This document shows, in pieces, positions 42,002 to 50,338 of a stretch of DNA of 64,000 bases. The notes under the pieces were generated by a model. That model was not told where the DNA came from and made no database searches. It was given only the letters and a program-made list of their open reading frames with translations. The stretch is taken from the IMG/VR virus record IMGVR_UViG_3300028558_000791, positions 372,001 through 436,000 of that record, one strand, 5' to 3'. Numbering within the stretch: position 1 is the first letter of the stretch; every line of letters begins with the position of its first letter. Position numbers and translations under genes: made by a program.

Positions 42002-42372
42002 TGAACTGTAGATTTTGCCAGGCTCCAATGCTTCCCAATGAAGATGTTATACCTGACTCAGATACTCAATATTCACACTGCACTTGGGAATGTCATAACT
42101 GTCCAGCTACCGTTAGGCAAAAGAATGAACAACAAGATTGGTTTGCTATTCTGGCCTTTTATAATGGTTATTGGTTTGAAGTCATGCAGATGTATACAGA
42201 AAAGGGAAGCAAAGATCCACCGTTACTATCCATCTATAAACTAACCCCTTACATTAATGATGTTTATGAAGATGCTGTTAAATCAGAGTTTGTCATGGAG
42301 TTGAATGTTAATGGTAACATCACTCCCCAAAACATTAAAGATAAACTGGCCGTCATCCTAACCTTCTCATGA
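41998..42372 (+). CDS. CxxC / C-terminal-tail array protein
   Basis: CRFC, CHNC; ends DKLAVILTFS. Confidence 0.8.
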   Translation: MMNCRFCQAPMLPNEDVIPDSDTQYSHCTWECHNCPATVRQKNEQQDWFAILAFYNGYWFEVMQMYTEKGSKDPPLLSIYKLTPYINDVYEDAVKSEFVMELNVNGNITPQNIKDKLAVILTFS

Positions 42373-42701
42373 TTAACTGTCCATTTTGTAACGCCCAACT
42401 CCGAATCCAAATGTATCAATCCGATTGCAAGGATTGCCAGGTTAACTTCATATCCAGACAAACTGGCCACACATTAGATTCCCCTTGGCATACTTACTAC
42501 TACACCTTTAAGTTTAGAGATGATACCTATCATGCTCTCAATATAGATTTTGAAAAGCAAATCACCACAGTTTGGTTGGTCAATCCCAATTCACCATTAC
42601 ACCAAACTCCATTGCATATTCCTAGAGTCTTCCCAGATACTAATCCTAATAACGCATTAACATTAGCTAGAAAACTACACCACCTAATTGCCTTCACCTA
42701 A
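42369..42701 (+). CDS. CxxC / C-terminal-tail array protein
   Basis: CPFC, CKDC; ends RKLHHLIAFT. Confidence 0.8.
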   Translation: MINCPFCNAQLRIQMYQSDCKDCQVNFISRQTGHTLDSPWHTYYYTFKFRDDTYHALNIDFEKQITTVWLVNPNSPLHQTPLHIPRVFPDTNPNNALTLARKLHHLIAFT

Positions 42702-42759
42702 GCGGCAACACACTCCATTCCGATCTAACCGCCCCAATTCGCGCATGAATCCCTATCTC

Positions 42760-43044
42760 ATGAACTGTCATTACTGTAACCAAATCTGTGAATGCAATGT
42801 CTCCAGTTGGATTTGTCGTAAATGTGGCGCCGAATTTTTCGATGGACATATTAATCTGTATACCGTCATCAATGAAAAACATTATACTTTCCAAATGAGA
42901 TTCGAACATACAGAATTCCCCGCCCGTATCCTGGGAGGACCAATAAGTCAACTGAAACGAATTATCAACCTCCCCAAAATACCTGATAACATCACTCCGT
43001 CCAACGTCAATGAAAAGGTCAGACTATATCTGCTGTTCTCATGA
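42760..43044 (+). CDS. CxxC / C-terminal-tail array protein (start reassigned to MNCHYC)
   Basis: CHYC, CRKC; ends EKVRLYLLFS. Confidence 0.8.
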   Translation: MNCHYCNQICECNVSSWICRKCGAEFFDGHINLYTVINEKHYTFQMRFEHTEFPARILGGPISQLKRIINLPKIPDNITPSNVNEKVRLYLLFS

Positions 43045-43412
43045 TTACCTGCCCCTTCTGCGATAAGCCAGTCCACCTATCCAAGGACGAACGAGACTCC
43101 AATTCTCTGTTGGCTGATACAGATACCGATGACTTCTACTGCCCAACCTATGTAGACACCGCCCCAGGTAGACGCCAGTGCCACTACCAACGCACGACTA
43201 GACAAGGCTGGTATCCAGATTACCACGCCATCATCCCGCCCTTTAGAATCCACTACGTAGAGGGTGAAAGCATTACCGTCTTTACCATAGAGCCCGGCGA
43301 AAACTCCGATATAACCACCTTCAACCTTATCTACGAAGACAAAGTCAACCCAACCTTTGAAGCCTTTGTCAAAATGTATCACCGATTCAAAACCCTCCGA
43401 GCCTTCATATGA
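43041..43412 (+). CDS. CxxC / C-terminal-tail array protein
   Basis: CPFC; ends HRFKTLRAFI. Confidence 0.8.
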   Translation: MITCPFCDKPVHLSKDERDSNSLLADTDTDDFYCPTYVDTAPGRRQCHYQRTTRQGWYPDYHAIIPPFRIHYVEGESITVFTIEPGENSDITTFNLIYEDKVNPTFEAFVKMYHRFKTLRAFI

Positions 43413-43798
43413 TTACCACTCTGAAATGCCATCAGTGCAATAAAGAACTAACTCAGATTGACTGGGATGTCCCAGATGTCGGCCCAATCCCCAATCCAAA
43501 GACCACCATGACCCTGGAATGCCCTGACGTCCATTGCCGTGTTGTCTATGATAAAGAACTCCAGAACATCACCGAGTATACCATCTTCTTCGAAGACGCT
43601 ATCCAACGTAGATATAAAGTCAATGGCTTCCGCCATAACAAATCAACCCACTTCATGGTCAAAAACGGACCCAAACCCTGGAACTACCAAACCGCCCTGC
43701 AAATCAAACGCTTCCTGGCATTCAAACCAAATAAAGAAGGCCAACTGCAAGGCGAAGCTATCTTCCGGAAACTTAAAACCCTACTAACATTCTCATGA
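43409..43798 (+). CDS. CxxC / C-terminal-tail array protein
   Basis: CHQC; ends RKLKTLLTFS. Confidence 0.8.
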   Translation: MITTLKCHQCNKELTQIDWDVPDVGPIPNPKTTMTLECPDVHCRVVYDKELQNITEYTIFFEDAIQRRYKVNGFRHNKSTHFMVKNGPKPWNYQTALQIKRFLAFKPNKEGQLQGEAIFRKLKTLLTFS

Positions 43799-44154
43799 GC
43801 GATCCAACTTGCCGTTTCTGCCATCGTCGTATGACCTGGAGCTGTACCCATATCCCAACTCATATCTCAACTGGTCCCTACAAAGACGAGCAGGTGGATA
43901 GCTACTCTTGTGGTTACTGTGCCTCAGAACAAGACTTCCTAGAAACAGGACAGCCAGCAAGCTATTACTTTATGGTCGGTGCCTATAAACTATGCTTCTA
44001 TCCCCATAACCAAACCTTCCAAGTTAGACACTATCCACAAGGTAGATTAAGTGAGCACATCACCATCGTCATGACTCTCAACTACCTGCCCCATAATCTA
44101 ACCCCATCAACTGTGACTGTGGATAGACTAAAGACACTAATCGTATTCTCATGA
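43795..44154 (+). CDS. CxxC / C-terminal-tail array protein
   Basis: CRFC, CGYC; ends DRLKTLIVFS. Confidence 0.8.
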   Translation: MSDPTCRFCHRRMTWSCTHIPTHISTGPYKDEQVDSYSCGYCASEQDFLETGQPASYYFMVGAYKLCFYPHNQTFQVRHYPQGRLSEHITIVMTLNYLPHNLTPSTVTVDRLKTLIVFS

Positions 44155-44513
44155 ACCCTAAATGTCGATTCTGTAATGGCAAGCAAGAAAACAGCGGTTT
44201 TAAAAGAGAAAACAATATGACTATGTACCGGTACAGATGTAATACCTGTCTGATAGAACAAACTTACCATCCCGATGGCTCTTTGCTAGAAGCTACTTTG
44301 CGTATCCCCATAGATAGAAACACCAAATTTAATCATGGCATGTTCCATTACGTAATAGACTTCAATCCAACTACTATGAACCTAAAGGTAAGAAGTTACG
44401 GCGAAGAATGCGGCTGGAAAGAACACTTCAACGTTAAAGTCACCAACCAGCCCGATTGGTTTAATCCATCTCTTTCAGAAGAAAAACTCAAACTGTATAT
44501 ACTATTCTCATGA
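44151..44513 (+). CDS. CxxC / C-terminal-tail array protein
   Basis: CRFC, CNTC; ends EKLKLYILFS. Confidence 0.8.
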   Translation: MNPKCRFCNGKQENSGFKRENNMTMYRYRCNTCLIEQTYHPDGSLLEATLRIPIDRNTKFNHGMFHYVIDFNPTTMNLKVRSYGEECGWKEHFNVKVTNQPDWFNPSLSEEKLKLYILFS

Positions 44514-44833
44514 ACTGTCTCTTCTGCCAAAAACCTTGCTCCAACAATAGAATCGAATCCCAGCACTATTGCCTGCCTTGCTATGCCACCTTCTTCTACG
44601 AAAATGATATCCTTAACTTCATCGAACTCTGGGTCCAAATTAAAGATCGTAAATACATCGTCAGGCTATGGCAAGAATCCAAAACAACTGAACTAAAACA
44701 AACTAATCCCGTCGATCCCAATAACCTACAAGCAGGTTATTTTCATGAAGTTGTGCTAACTCTAGATTACTTAGCAAATGTCTCCCCAAGTAATATCGAA
44801 TCTAAAGTACAAACTATGTTGACTTTCCTATGA
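44510..44833 (+). CDS. CxxC / C-terminal-tail array protein
   Basis: CLFC, CLPC; ends SKVQTMLTFL. Confidence 0.8.
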   Translation: MNCLFCQKPCSNNRIESQHYCLPCYATFFYENDILNFIELWVQIKDRKYIVRLWQESKTTELKQTNPVDPNNLQAGYFHEVVLTLDYLANVSPSNIESKVQTMLTFL

Positions 44834-45156
44834 TTTGTCGTTATTGCAATCAACCATGTCGCCTAATCACAAAAGGCTCTTTGCCCGATGGACTGGCAGA
44901 AAACAGAATCGCCCACTGCGACCCATGCAATGTCAAATACTTCGATAGATTCCATGTCCTGGTCTGCAATATCAAAGATACCGAATACTCCGTCTCCTAT
45001 ATGGATGACCACCCAAACCACTGGACTTCTATCTACCAATACAACAAAAAGGAAAGGCCCAGGGTGCATGATATCGCCCTGAGCTTCCAATTCCATGTTA
45101 GGTTCACCCCAGCTAACTTCAAAGAAAAGCTAAAGATATACCTGCTGTTCAGTTAG
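44830..45156 (+). CDS. CxxC / C-terminal-tail array protein
   Basis: CRYC, CDPC; ends EKLKIYLLFS. Confidence 0.8.
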   Translation: MICRYCNQPCRLITKGSLPDGLAENRIAHCDPCNVKYFDRFHVLVCNIKDTEYSVSYMDDHPNHWTSIYQYNKKERPRVHDIALSFQFHVRFTPANFKEKLKIYLLFS

Positions 45157-45851
45157 TTAGGACAGTTAGTCAACACAGGTCCACCATCAGGTACCTGACT
45201 GCTATTAACTGGCTCCCCATCCACACAATAGTTCAAGTTCCTAAGCTCCAAATCAAAGAAAGCAGATACCTTAACCATGGTATCATAATCAATGCACTGA
45301 AACCTGGCTCGACTATAATGCGGATACATCAACCTCTGACCCACATGACCCGATCCCATCAAATGACCAATCTCATGTAATGTCACACCATAAACATCAT
45401 CATTCCCAAGTCTATCACGTACTAAGTACATGTGATGTCCACCAACTTGCTCGCAAAAACCAATGGTCCAATAACCCTTGTCGTTAATCGGTACCATCTT
45501 GTTCTTACTGTCAACCTTCAAGAATAACCACCCGCCACTATTCACCTGAGTAACTATCTTATCAATCTCCATATCAAACTTAGTATCAACTACCTTCAAT
45601 TTAACATAGCCATTCATAGCAAAGTTCCAAGCGTTAATAGCATCGTCAATAGCTAACTTGTCAGCTTCCCCAAAATTAATATCAATCCATATCGGTATCT
45701 CCCTAATAGGAGCCTCCTCAAAGACCGGTACATGTGTGTAATGATACAAACCTAGCTTAGGATTACTAGGATTTAATGTAACACCAGCGCAACCAACTAT
45801 AATAGCCGCAATAATAACAACTATTAATAAGACAATAGCAGTCATCTTCAT
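45153..45851 (-). CDS. Matrixin-like (metzincin) metalloprotease lipoprotein
   Basis: Lipobox IVGC; HEIGHLMGSGH; Met-turn LMYP. Confidence 0.85.
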   Translation of the reverse strand: MKMTAIVLLIVVIIAAIIVGCAGVTLNPSNPKLGLYHYTHVPVFEEAPIREIPIWIDINFGEADKLAIDDAINAWNFAMNGYVKLKVVDTKFDMEIDKIVTQVNSGGWLFLKVDSKNKMVPINDKGYWTIGFCEQVGGHHMYLVRDRLGNDDVYGVTLHEIGHLMGSGHVGQRLMYPHYSRARFQCIDYDTMVKVSAFFDLELRNLNYCVDGEPVNSSQVPDGGPVLTNCPN

Positions 45852-45874
45852 GATAACACCTAAAATAAGGTTAC

Positions 45875-46777
45875 TTACTTCTTGACCGATTTGTTGTTGT
45901 TGCTGTCCAAAAAACTTGCAATCGTGTCACGGTGTACAAAGAATCCAACCTCTGGAGCACGAGTAATACGAACCGCAATGCCAATTAACTCGCCATAATC
46001 ATTGAAACATCCACCACCAGAGTTACCATAGAAAATTGGTGACTGTACCTGCATGTATGGTCCCCTAGCATCATCCTTGCCAGCACTCAAACGCTTGTAA
46101 TGATCAGCATCACGGTAAGCAGCAACCTGACCACCCATGTACGTCCAGTATAATCCAGTCTGATGACCAACTACATTAACATGCTCGCCAAGTGCCGGTG
46201 TCTCACTAGCAATACGAGCTACCTTGTGTGCCGGTACTAAATCTCCCTGCGCCTCAAGTAACGCTAAATCATGCGCTTCATCAAATGCAACCGCCTTGCT
46301 CAAATGCCAGCCAGATGGCTCGGCCGCAACTCCCATAACTTCCTTCTCTACAATGTAGTGAATCTTAAGACCCTTCTTCTCTACCTTGTCAGCCTCTTGT
46401 GGTCCTCCACTGCCACCACCAAATAGCTTCTGAAGCATCTCTTGAAGACTCTTAGGCTCATCATTGCTGCCTTCCTTGCGCTTGTCAAGCCTCTCCTGCT
46501 GCCATTCAAGCTCTCCCTCAATACAATGATTAGCTGTGAGAATGTGAGTCTCATCAACCCAAACTCCAGTACAAAATGGACGATAACCAGTAGTAATAGT
46601 GGTCTCCTTATCGTCGTGGTATCCCATCAATGCAACAGTGGCTCCACCTTCCTGTATGATTAAATCGTGTGCGCTCAGCTTCGACTTAGGTATTACCCCA
46701 GAGTCTTTTAAACTAGCACAGCCGCCTAAAGTAACACTCAAAATAACTAATAGTAGCAAACTGAAATAACGTTTCAT
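45875..46777 (-). CDS. Trypsin-like serine protease lipoprotein
   Basis: Lipobox LGGC; LTANHC, DLALL, GNSGG. Confidence 0.9.
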   Translation of the reverse strand: MKRYFSLLLLVILSVTLGGCASLKDSGVIPKSKLSAHDLIIQEGGATVALMGYHDDKETTITTGYRPFCTGVWVDETHILTANHCIEGELEWQQERLDKRKEGSNDEPKSLQEMLQKLFGGGSGGPQEADKVEKKGLKIHYIVEKEVMGVAAEPSGWHLSKAVAFDEAHDLALLEAQGDLVPAHKVARIASETPALGEHVNVVGHQTGLYWTYMGGQVAAYRDADHYKRLSAGKDDARGPYMQVQSPIFYGNSGGGCFNDYGELIGIAVRITRAPEVGFFVHRDTIASFLDSNNNKSVKK

Positions 46778-46885
46778 GAAACCCCGACGAGGTTCAGTAG
46801 GCTACCGTACTTGGCAACCCAAGATTACAAAGATACAAGAATACATACCAAACCGTTACTCAAATGTTTCTTATACATTGTATAA

Positions 46886-47455
46886 TCAGTAATTTATATT
46901 ACTATCTTTATAACCTATTGCGTCAATTAACAATGGCTGAGTTGCATCAATTACCTTCTCACCTCTTAAGAGTATAGCCGTATGATACTCCCTACTACAA
47001 CCATCATCCGACCAGTCATGCCAGCGAGCCTCAAATTGGCTGCTAGAGAGACGTGCATACCGCCCAGCCACGCTGGGGTCCATTAGGTCCACAAAACCAT
47101 TTATAAGGTTAACCAGGACCACGTAATGACCGTCTTCCCAGACCTCCGAGAAGTCCGTATCAGGCCCGTAATTACCCCAAGCTTGAATATTAAGAATACA
47201 TGTGTATCCAGAATCTAAATACTCTTTAAGATCAGTTATCTTTAGGTTATTACGATACAACACTTCTAACCCATAAGATACTGCTAGTTCTATAATGCTA
47301 TAGCCAGAAGTACCATCGCAGTTTGTTCCAAGTAATGGGTATAACTCTGGTTCGCGCCCTGACCAAACTCCCCAATAGTATAAACAACTAGCTAAAGATG
47401 CTGCCCCACAACTGTAATCATAGGCTTGTCTAACTAGAGGAACATAGGTTGGCAT
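46886..47455 (-). CDS. C39-family cysteine peptidase (start reassigned to MPTYVPL)
   Basis: QAYDYSCGAASL, GHYVV, MDPS, FEARW. Confidence 0.85.
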   Translation of the reverse strand: MPTYVPLVRQAYDYSCGAASLASCLYYWGVWSGREPELYPLLGTNCDGTSGYSIIELAVSYGLEVLYRNNLKITDLKEYLDSGYTCILNIQAWGNYGPDTDFSEVWEDGHYVVLVNLINGFVDLMDPSVAGRYARLSSSQFEARWHDWSDDGCSREYHTAILLRGEKVIDATQPLLIDAIGYKDSNINY

Positions 47456-47810
47456 GTTGAATCTCCTGCTATTGAGAAAGTGAGAGAGTAAAAGAGAGAG
47501 AGAGGGTACAATCTGCCTGTATGCCATTATAGCCCAAGCGTATGCCTAACTGCAAAAACATATGTTTATAATGCGATAAGATGCTTTGAGAAATACCTAA
47601 TTTATATTTGCTAGTTTTGTCGTACCTATATCCTGAATAGACGCTAATAGGACACCCATATCGTCCATATGGGATACCAGAGCACACTCTAACTGCCCCA
47701 GATAGTCACTTGATGGTCACTTGATAGCTGTTAGACCCCTATTTGGGAGGCGAACTGCCACCGCGCACGACAATGGCCCACACTTTTCCAGTAGGGGTAT
47801 AATGGGGCTT

Positions 47811-47843
47811 TGGCATAGCCTTTGCAATATGCAATCTATGCCA
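47811..47843. promoter_or_regulatory. Inverted sigma54-like element, copy 1 (right arm 2 nt short)
   Basis: TGGCATAGCCTTTGCA-ata-TGCAATCTATGCCA. Confidence 0.55.
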
Positions 47844-47917
47844 ACTACATGTAGTATGATCTCTTTCCTTTCGATCACATCACATTATGTGTAGTATATT
47901 TCAATACATAGCAGAGA

Positions 47918-47952
47918 TGGCATGAGTATTGCAAAAAGCAATCAATATGCCA
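47918..47952. promoter_or_regulatory. Inverted double sigma54-like element, copy 2
   Basis: TGGCATGAGTATTGCA-aaa-AGCAATCAATATGCCA; GG-N10-GC on both strands. Confidence 0.7.
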
Positions 47953-48021
47953 GGTGGGATAAGGTGAGAGGTCTTTGGCTCCCATTCACTGTCTGATCTT
48001 ACCCAAGATCGAGGTGATTCG

Positions 48022-48396
48022 ATGAACAAGAGCCAGGTTTCCGCCATCCTCGCAAGCAATCCTCGTGCCGTCACCAAGGCCGTTGTCCTACTCTTCGGCT
48101 TGCAGACCCACCAGGAGCGTGGGACACATCGCACCATCGACGACAACGGGGTCGGGTTCAGCGCGGCCGACGCTGACTTCGGCACCTACTGCGCGATGTG
48201 GGTGCTCAACATCCACAAGACCACTCCGCCTCACATCGTGGCCGACCGACTGGCCCACTACTTGCAGGGCGACAACCACCGCAGGTATCGCACCCTGTCG
48301 GGGAAGTTCCTCCAACGTGCGCTGGAGATGACACCGCGCTACTGGCGGCAGCTCTCACATGCTGCGAAGGTGAAGGCGGAGTCGGTTCCCTTCTGA
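48022..48396 (+). CDS. Hypothetical early protein
   Basis: GAGGTG RBS; GC3-rich codons; NGVGFSAAD motif. Confidence 0.8.
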   Translation: MNKSQVSAILASNPRAVTKAVVLLFGLQTHQERGTHRTIDDNGVGFSAADADFGTYCAMWVLNIHKTTPPHIVADRLAHYLQGDNHRRYRTLSGKFLQRALEMTPRYWRQLSHAAKVKAESVPF

Positions 48397-48413
48397 CATC
48401 AGGCGACTCGTCG

Positions 48414-48448
48414 GGAGAGGTAGGACATCCTACCTCTCCTTTCTTTTG
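48414..48448 (+). terminator. Rho-independent terminator
   Basis: GGAGAGGTAGG...CCTACCTCTCC followed by TTTCTTTT. Confidence 0.8.
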
Positions 48449-48461
48449 TCTACAGTGTGGT

Positions 48462-48497
48462 TGGTATAGTCGTTGCAATATGCAAGGTGCCATGCCA
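48462..48497. promoter_or_regulatory. Inverted sigma54-like element, copy 3
   Basis: TGGTATAGTCGTTGCA-ata-TGCAAGGTGCCATGCCA (right arm 1 nt long). Confidence 0.6.
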
Positions 48498-48598
48498 GGT
48501 AAGTGCGAGCCAGGTAAAAGGGCGCGGCTCCCATTCACTGACTACCCAGGCCGGAAGGTGCGACGCCAACCCAAACCGAACGAAAGAGAGATACCGCC

Positions 48599-49294
48599 AT
48601 GTCCGACCTTTCCCTCTCGCCCGACAACATCATCGCTCTCCTCCTCTCGCAGCACACGTCGCACCAGGTCGCACACGAGGCGACCAAGGTGACCACCACC
48701 ATCATCCGCAACGCGGAGCCCAGCAAGAAGCAGGCCAAGCAGGCCGAGGCCCGCAAGGGCGAGGTGAAGGCTCCCATTCACAACGGCCCCAAGGTGTTCG
48801 GTGTGGCGATGCCCGACCGCAACACGCTGGATGCCAAAGGCTTCCTGATGGCTTGCCGCGATGCCGGCAAGCGCTCCTTCCAGACGGTCAACGAAGTGAC
48901 CGGCGAAGTTACCTCGGTCGTCAAGCGTGACGAGCGAGAGGTGCGCAACGATCTCATCAAGGCGATTCACGCCTACTGCGGTTACGACAACGGCCGTGAC
49001 TTCGGCTCGCAAGACACGGCGGCCAGGGCGAAGGCCAGTCGCGAGCTGAGCGGCAAGCCCATCGTCCTCGGTCCCTCGCGAGAGGAGCAGAAGGCGGCCG
49101 AGCGGTCAATGACCGGCTACGTTCACGGCATGCCGAACTACATGGCGTCCAAGGTGGCCGAGCTGACGGCACGTGAGACGGCCACGGCAGAGGAGCTGAT
49201 CGATGCCCGCAAGGAGGGCAACGAGGTGGAGGTGGCACGCTTGACCGCACTGCTCTCCAACGTGCGAGGCGAGCTGAGCCGCCTCGGTCTCTGA
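48599..49294 (+). CDS. Hypothetical early protein
   Basis: 231-aa ORF with strong codon bias. Confidence 0.8.
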   Translation: MSDLSLSPDNIIALLLSQHTSHQVAHEATKVTTTIIRNAEPSKKQAKQAEARKGEVKAPIHNGPKVFGVAMPDRNTLDAKGFLMACRDAGKRSFQTVNEVTGEVTSVVKRDEREVRNDLIKAIHAYCGYDNGRDFGSQDTAARAKASRELSGKPIVLGPSREEQKAAERSMTGYVHGMPNYMASKVAELTARETATAEELIDARKEGNEVEVARLTALLSNVRGELSRLGL

Positions 49295-49315
49295 CACACA
49301 CACGGACTTACATCA

Positions 49316-49355
49316 GAGAGGGCTGCACCTGGCGGGGTGTGGCCCTTTCGTTTTT
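49316..49355 (+). terminator. Rho-independent terminator
   Basis: GAGAGGGCTGCACC...GGTGTGGCCCTTTC followed by GTTTTT. Confidence 0.7.
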
Positions 49356-49367
49356 CCGCAATCGGCT

Positions 49368-49402
49368 TGGCACGGACGTTGCAGAGTGCAAACGATGTGC
49401 CA
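49368..49402. promoter_or_regulatory. Inverted double sigma54-like element, copy 4
   Basis: TGGCACGGACGTTGCA-gag-TGCAAACGATGTGCCA; near-perfect consensus on both strands. Confidence 0.75.
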
Positions 49403-49642
49403 CGGAGATCCGCCTCTCCACACAAGAAAGAGAGTGCCGCTCCCATTCACTGACAGTCGAGAGCGAGAAGCGCAGCAACGAACGGACGGCAGCAAGCGCA
49501 AGCAAGCGCAGCGCATGTAGGATGCGTGACTAGGAGACCCCGAAGACGTGCCCGAATGTGAGGGCATGTAAGTCACCCTACCCGATGACCATAGCGCAAG
49601 TCGTCCAGCCGAGCTGCTCCCATTCACCGCTCGCTGAAAGGA

Positions 49643-49888
49643 GTGAGCATGAGACGCCGCAACGAAGTCGATACCAACGCACTTCCGGATCTGATGCCAC
49701 GTGTGGCACGCATGTTGGAAGTGACGGGCGTGAGCATCGAAGACGTGGTGGCAGAATTGCGCACTACGGATCTGACGGAGTACAACATCTTCCTCACCAT
49801 CAAAGGTGCGGCCATGTGTTACCCTCACGTCAAGCAAGCGCTCGCTGATGCCTGCCCCGACACTCTGCCCTCTCCCATTCACGACTGA
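49643..49888 (+). CDS. Hypothetical protein (start 49643 or 49649)
   Basis: AAGGAG RBS; C-terminus PSPIHD is encoded by the repeat. Confidence 0.7.
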   Translation: MSMRRRNEVDTNALPDLMPRVARMLEVTGVSIEDVVAELRTTDLTEYNIFLTIKGAAMCYPHVKQALADACPDTLPSPIHD

Positions 49889-49944
49889 CTCGAAACGATA
49901 AACGCCGCAAGGCAATCACCGCAACGAACGAAAGAGAGACCATC

Positions 49945-50133
49945 ATGGAAAACGTCAAGTTCACCCGCAACGGCGACAAGCTCACCATCGAAGTCGACCT
50001 CGCCTACCGTGGGCAGGTGTCCGCCACCGGCAAGACCCTTCGGGTCGCCAGCACCGAAGGCAACGTCCCCTGCGACGGTTCCCCCGAGATCAAGATCGGT
50101 CTCAACATCTTCGCCCCTGTTCCCAAGAAGTAA
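49945..50133 (+). CDS. Small hypothetical protein, paralogue of 56324..56500
   Basis: MENVK...LTIEVDLA.RG..S.TGKT.RVASTEGN. Confidence 0.85.
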   Translation: MENVKFTRNGDKLTIEVDLAYRGQVSATGKTLRVASTEGNVPCDGSPEIKIGLNIFAPVPKK

Positions 50134-50203
50134 TTCGCCTACATCGGCGAGCCCCCTGCAATCCCGATACCAACAGGTACGCAAGGGACAGGGGGCTGAC
50201 TCT

Positions 50204-50290
50204 TCGCCAGTGCTACACGAAAAACGGGGCGGGACGCCTCGGCCTTCCAAGGTGGTGTAGCGTAAGGGTTCGATTCCCTGACTGGCGACC
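50204..50290 (+). ncRNA. tRNA-like element with acceptor-like stem and T-arm but no D-arm
   Basis: TCGCCAGT/ACTGGCGA, GCTACAC/GTGTAGC, AGGG-TTCGATT-CCCT. Confidence 0.55.
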
Positions 50291-50338
50291 CTGGCTCCCA
50301 TTCATGAGCCAGTAGATTCCAACATCGGAGGTTCCAAC

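Noticed and set aside
31718-45156. Array as a product of a diversity-generating retroelement
   Set aside because: No reverse transcriptase and no near-identical TR/VR pair are visible; divergence covers whole genes.
49300-49355. Minus-strand hammerhead-like words (GAAA...CTGATG)
   Set aside because: The core is incomplete and there is no stem I; the hairpin plus T-run is better read as a terminator.
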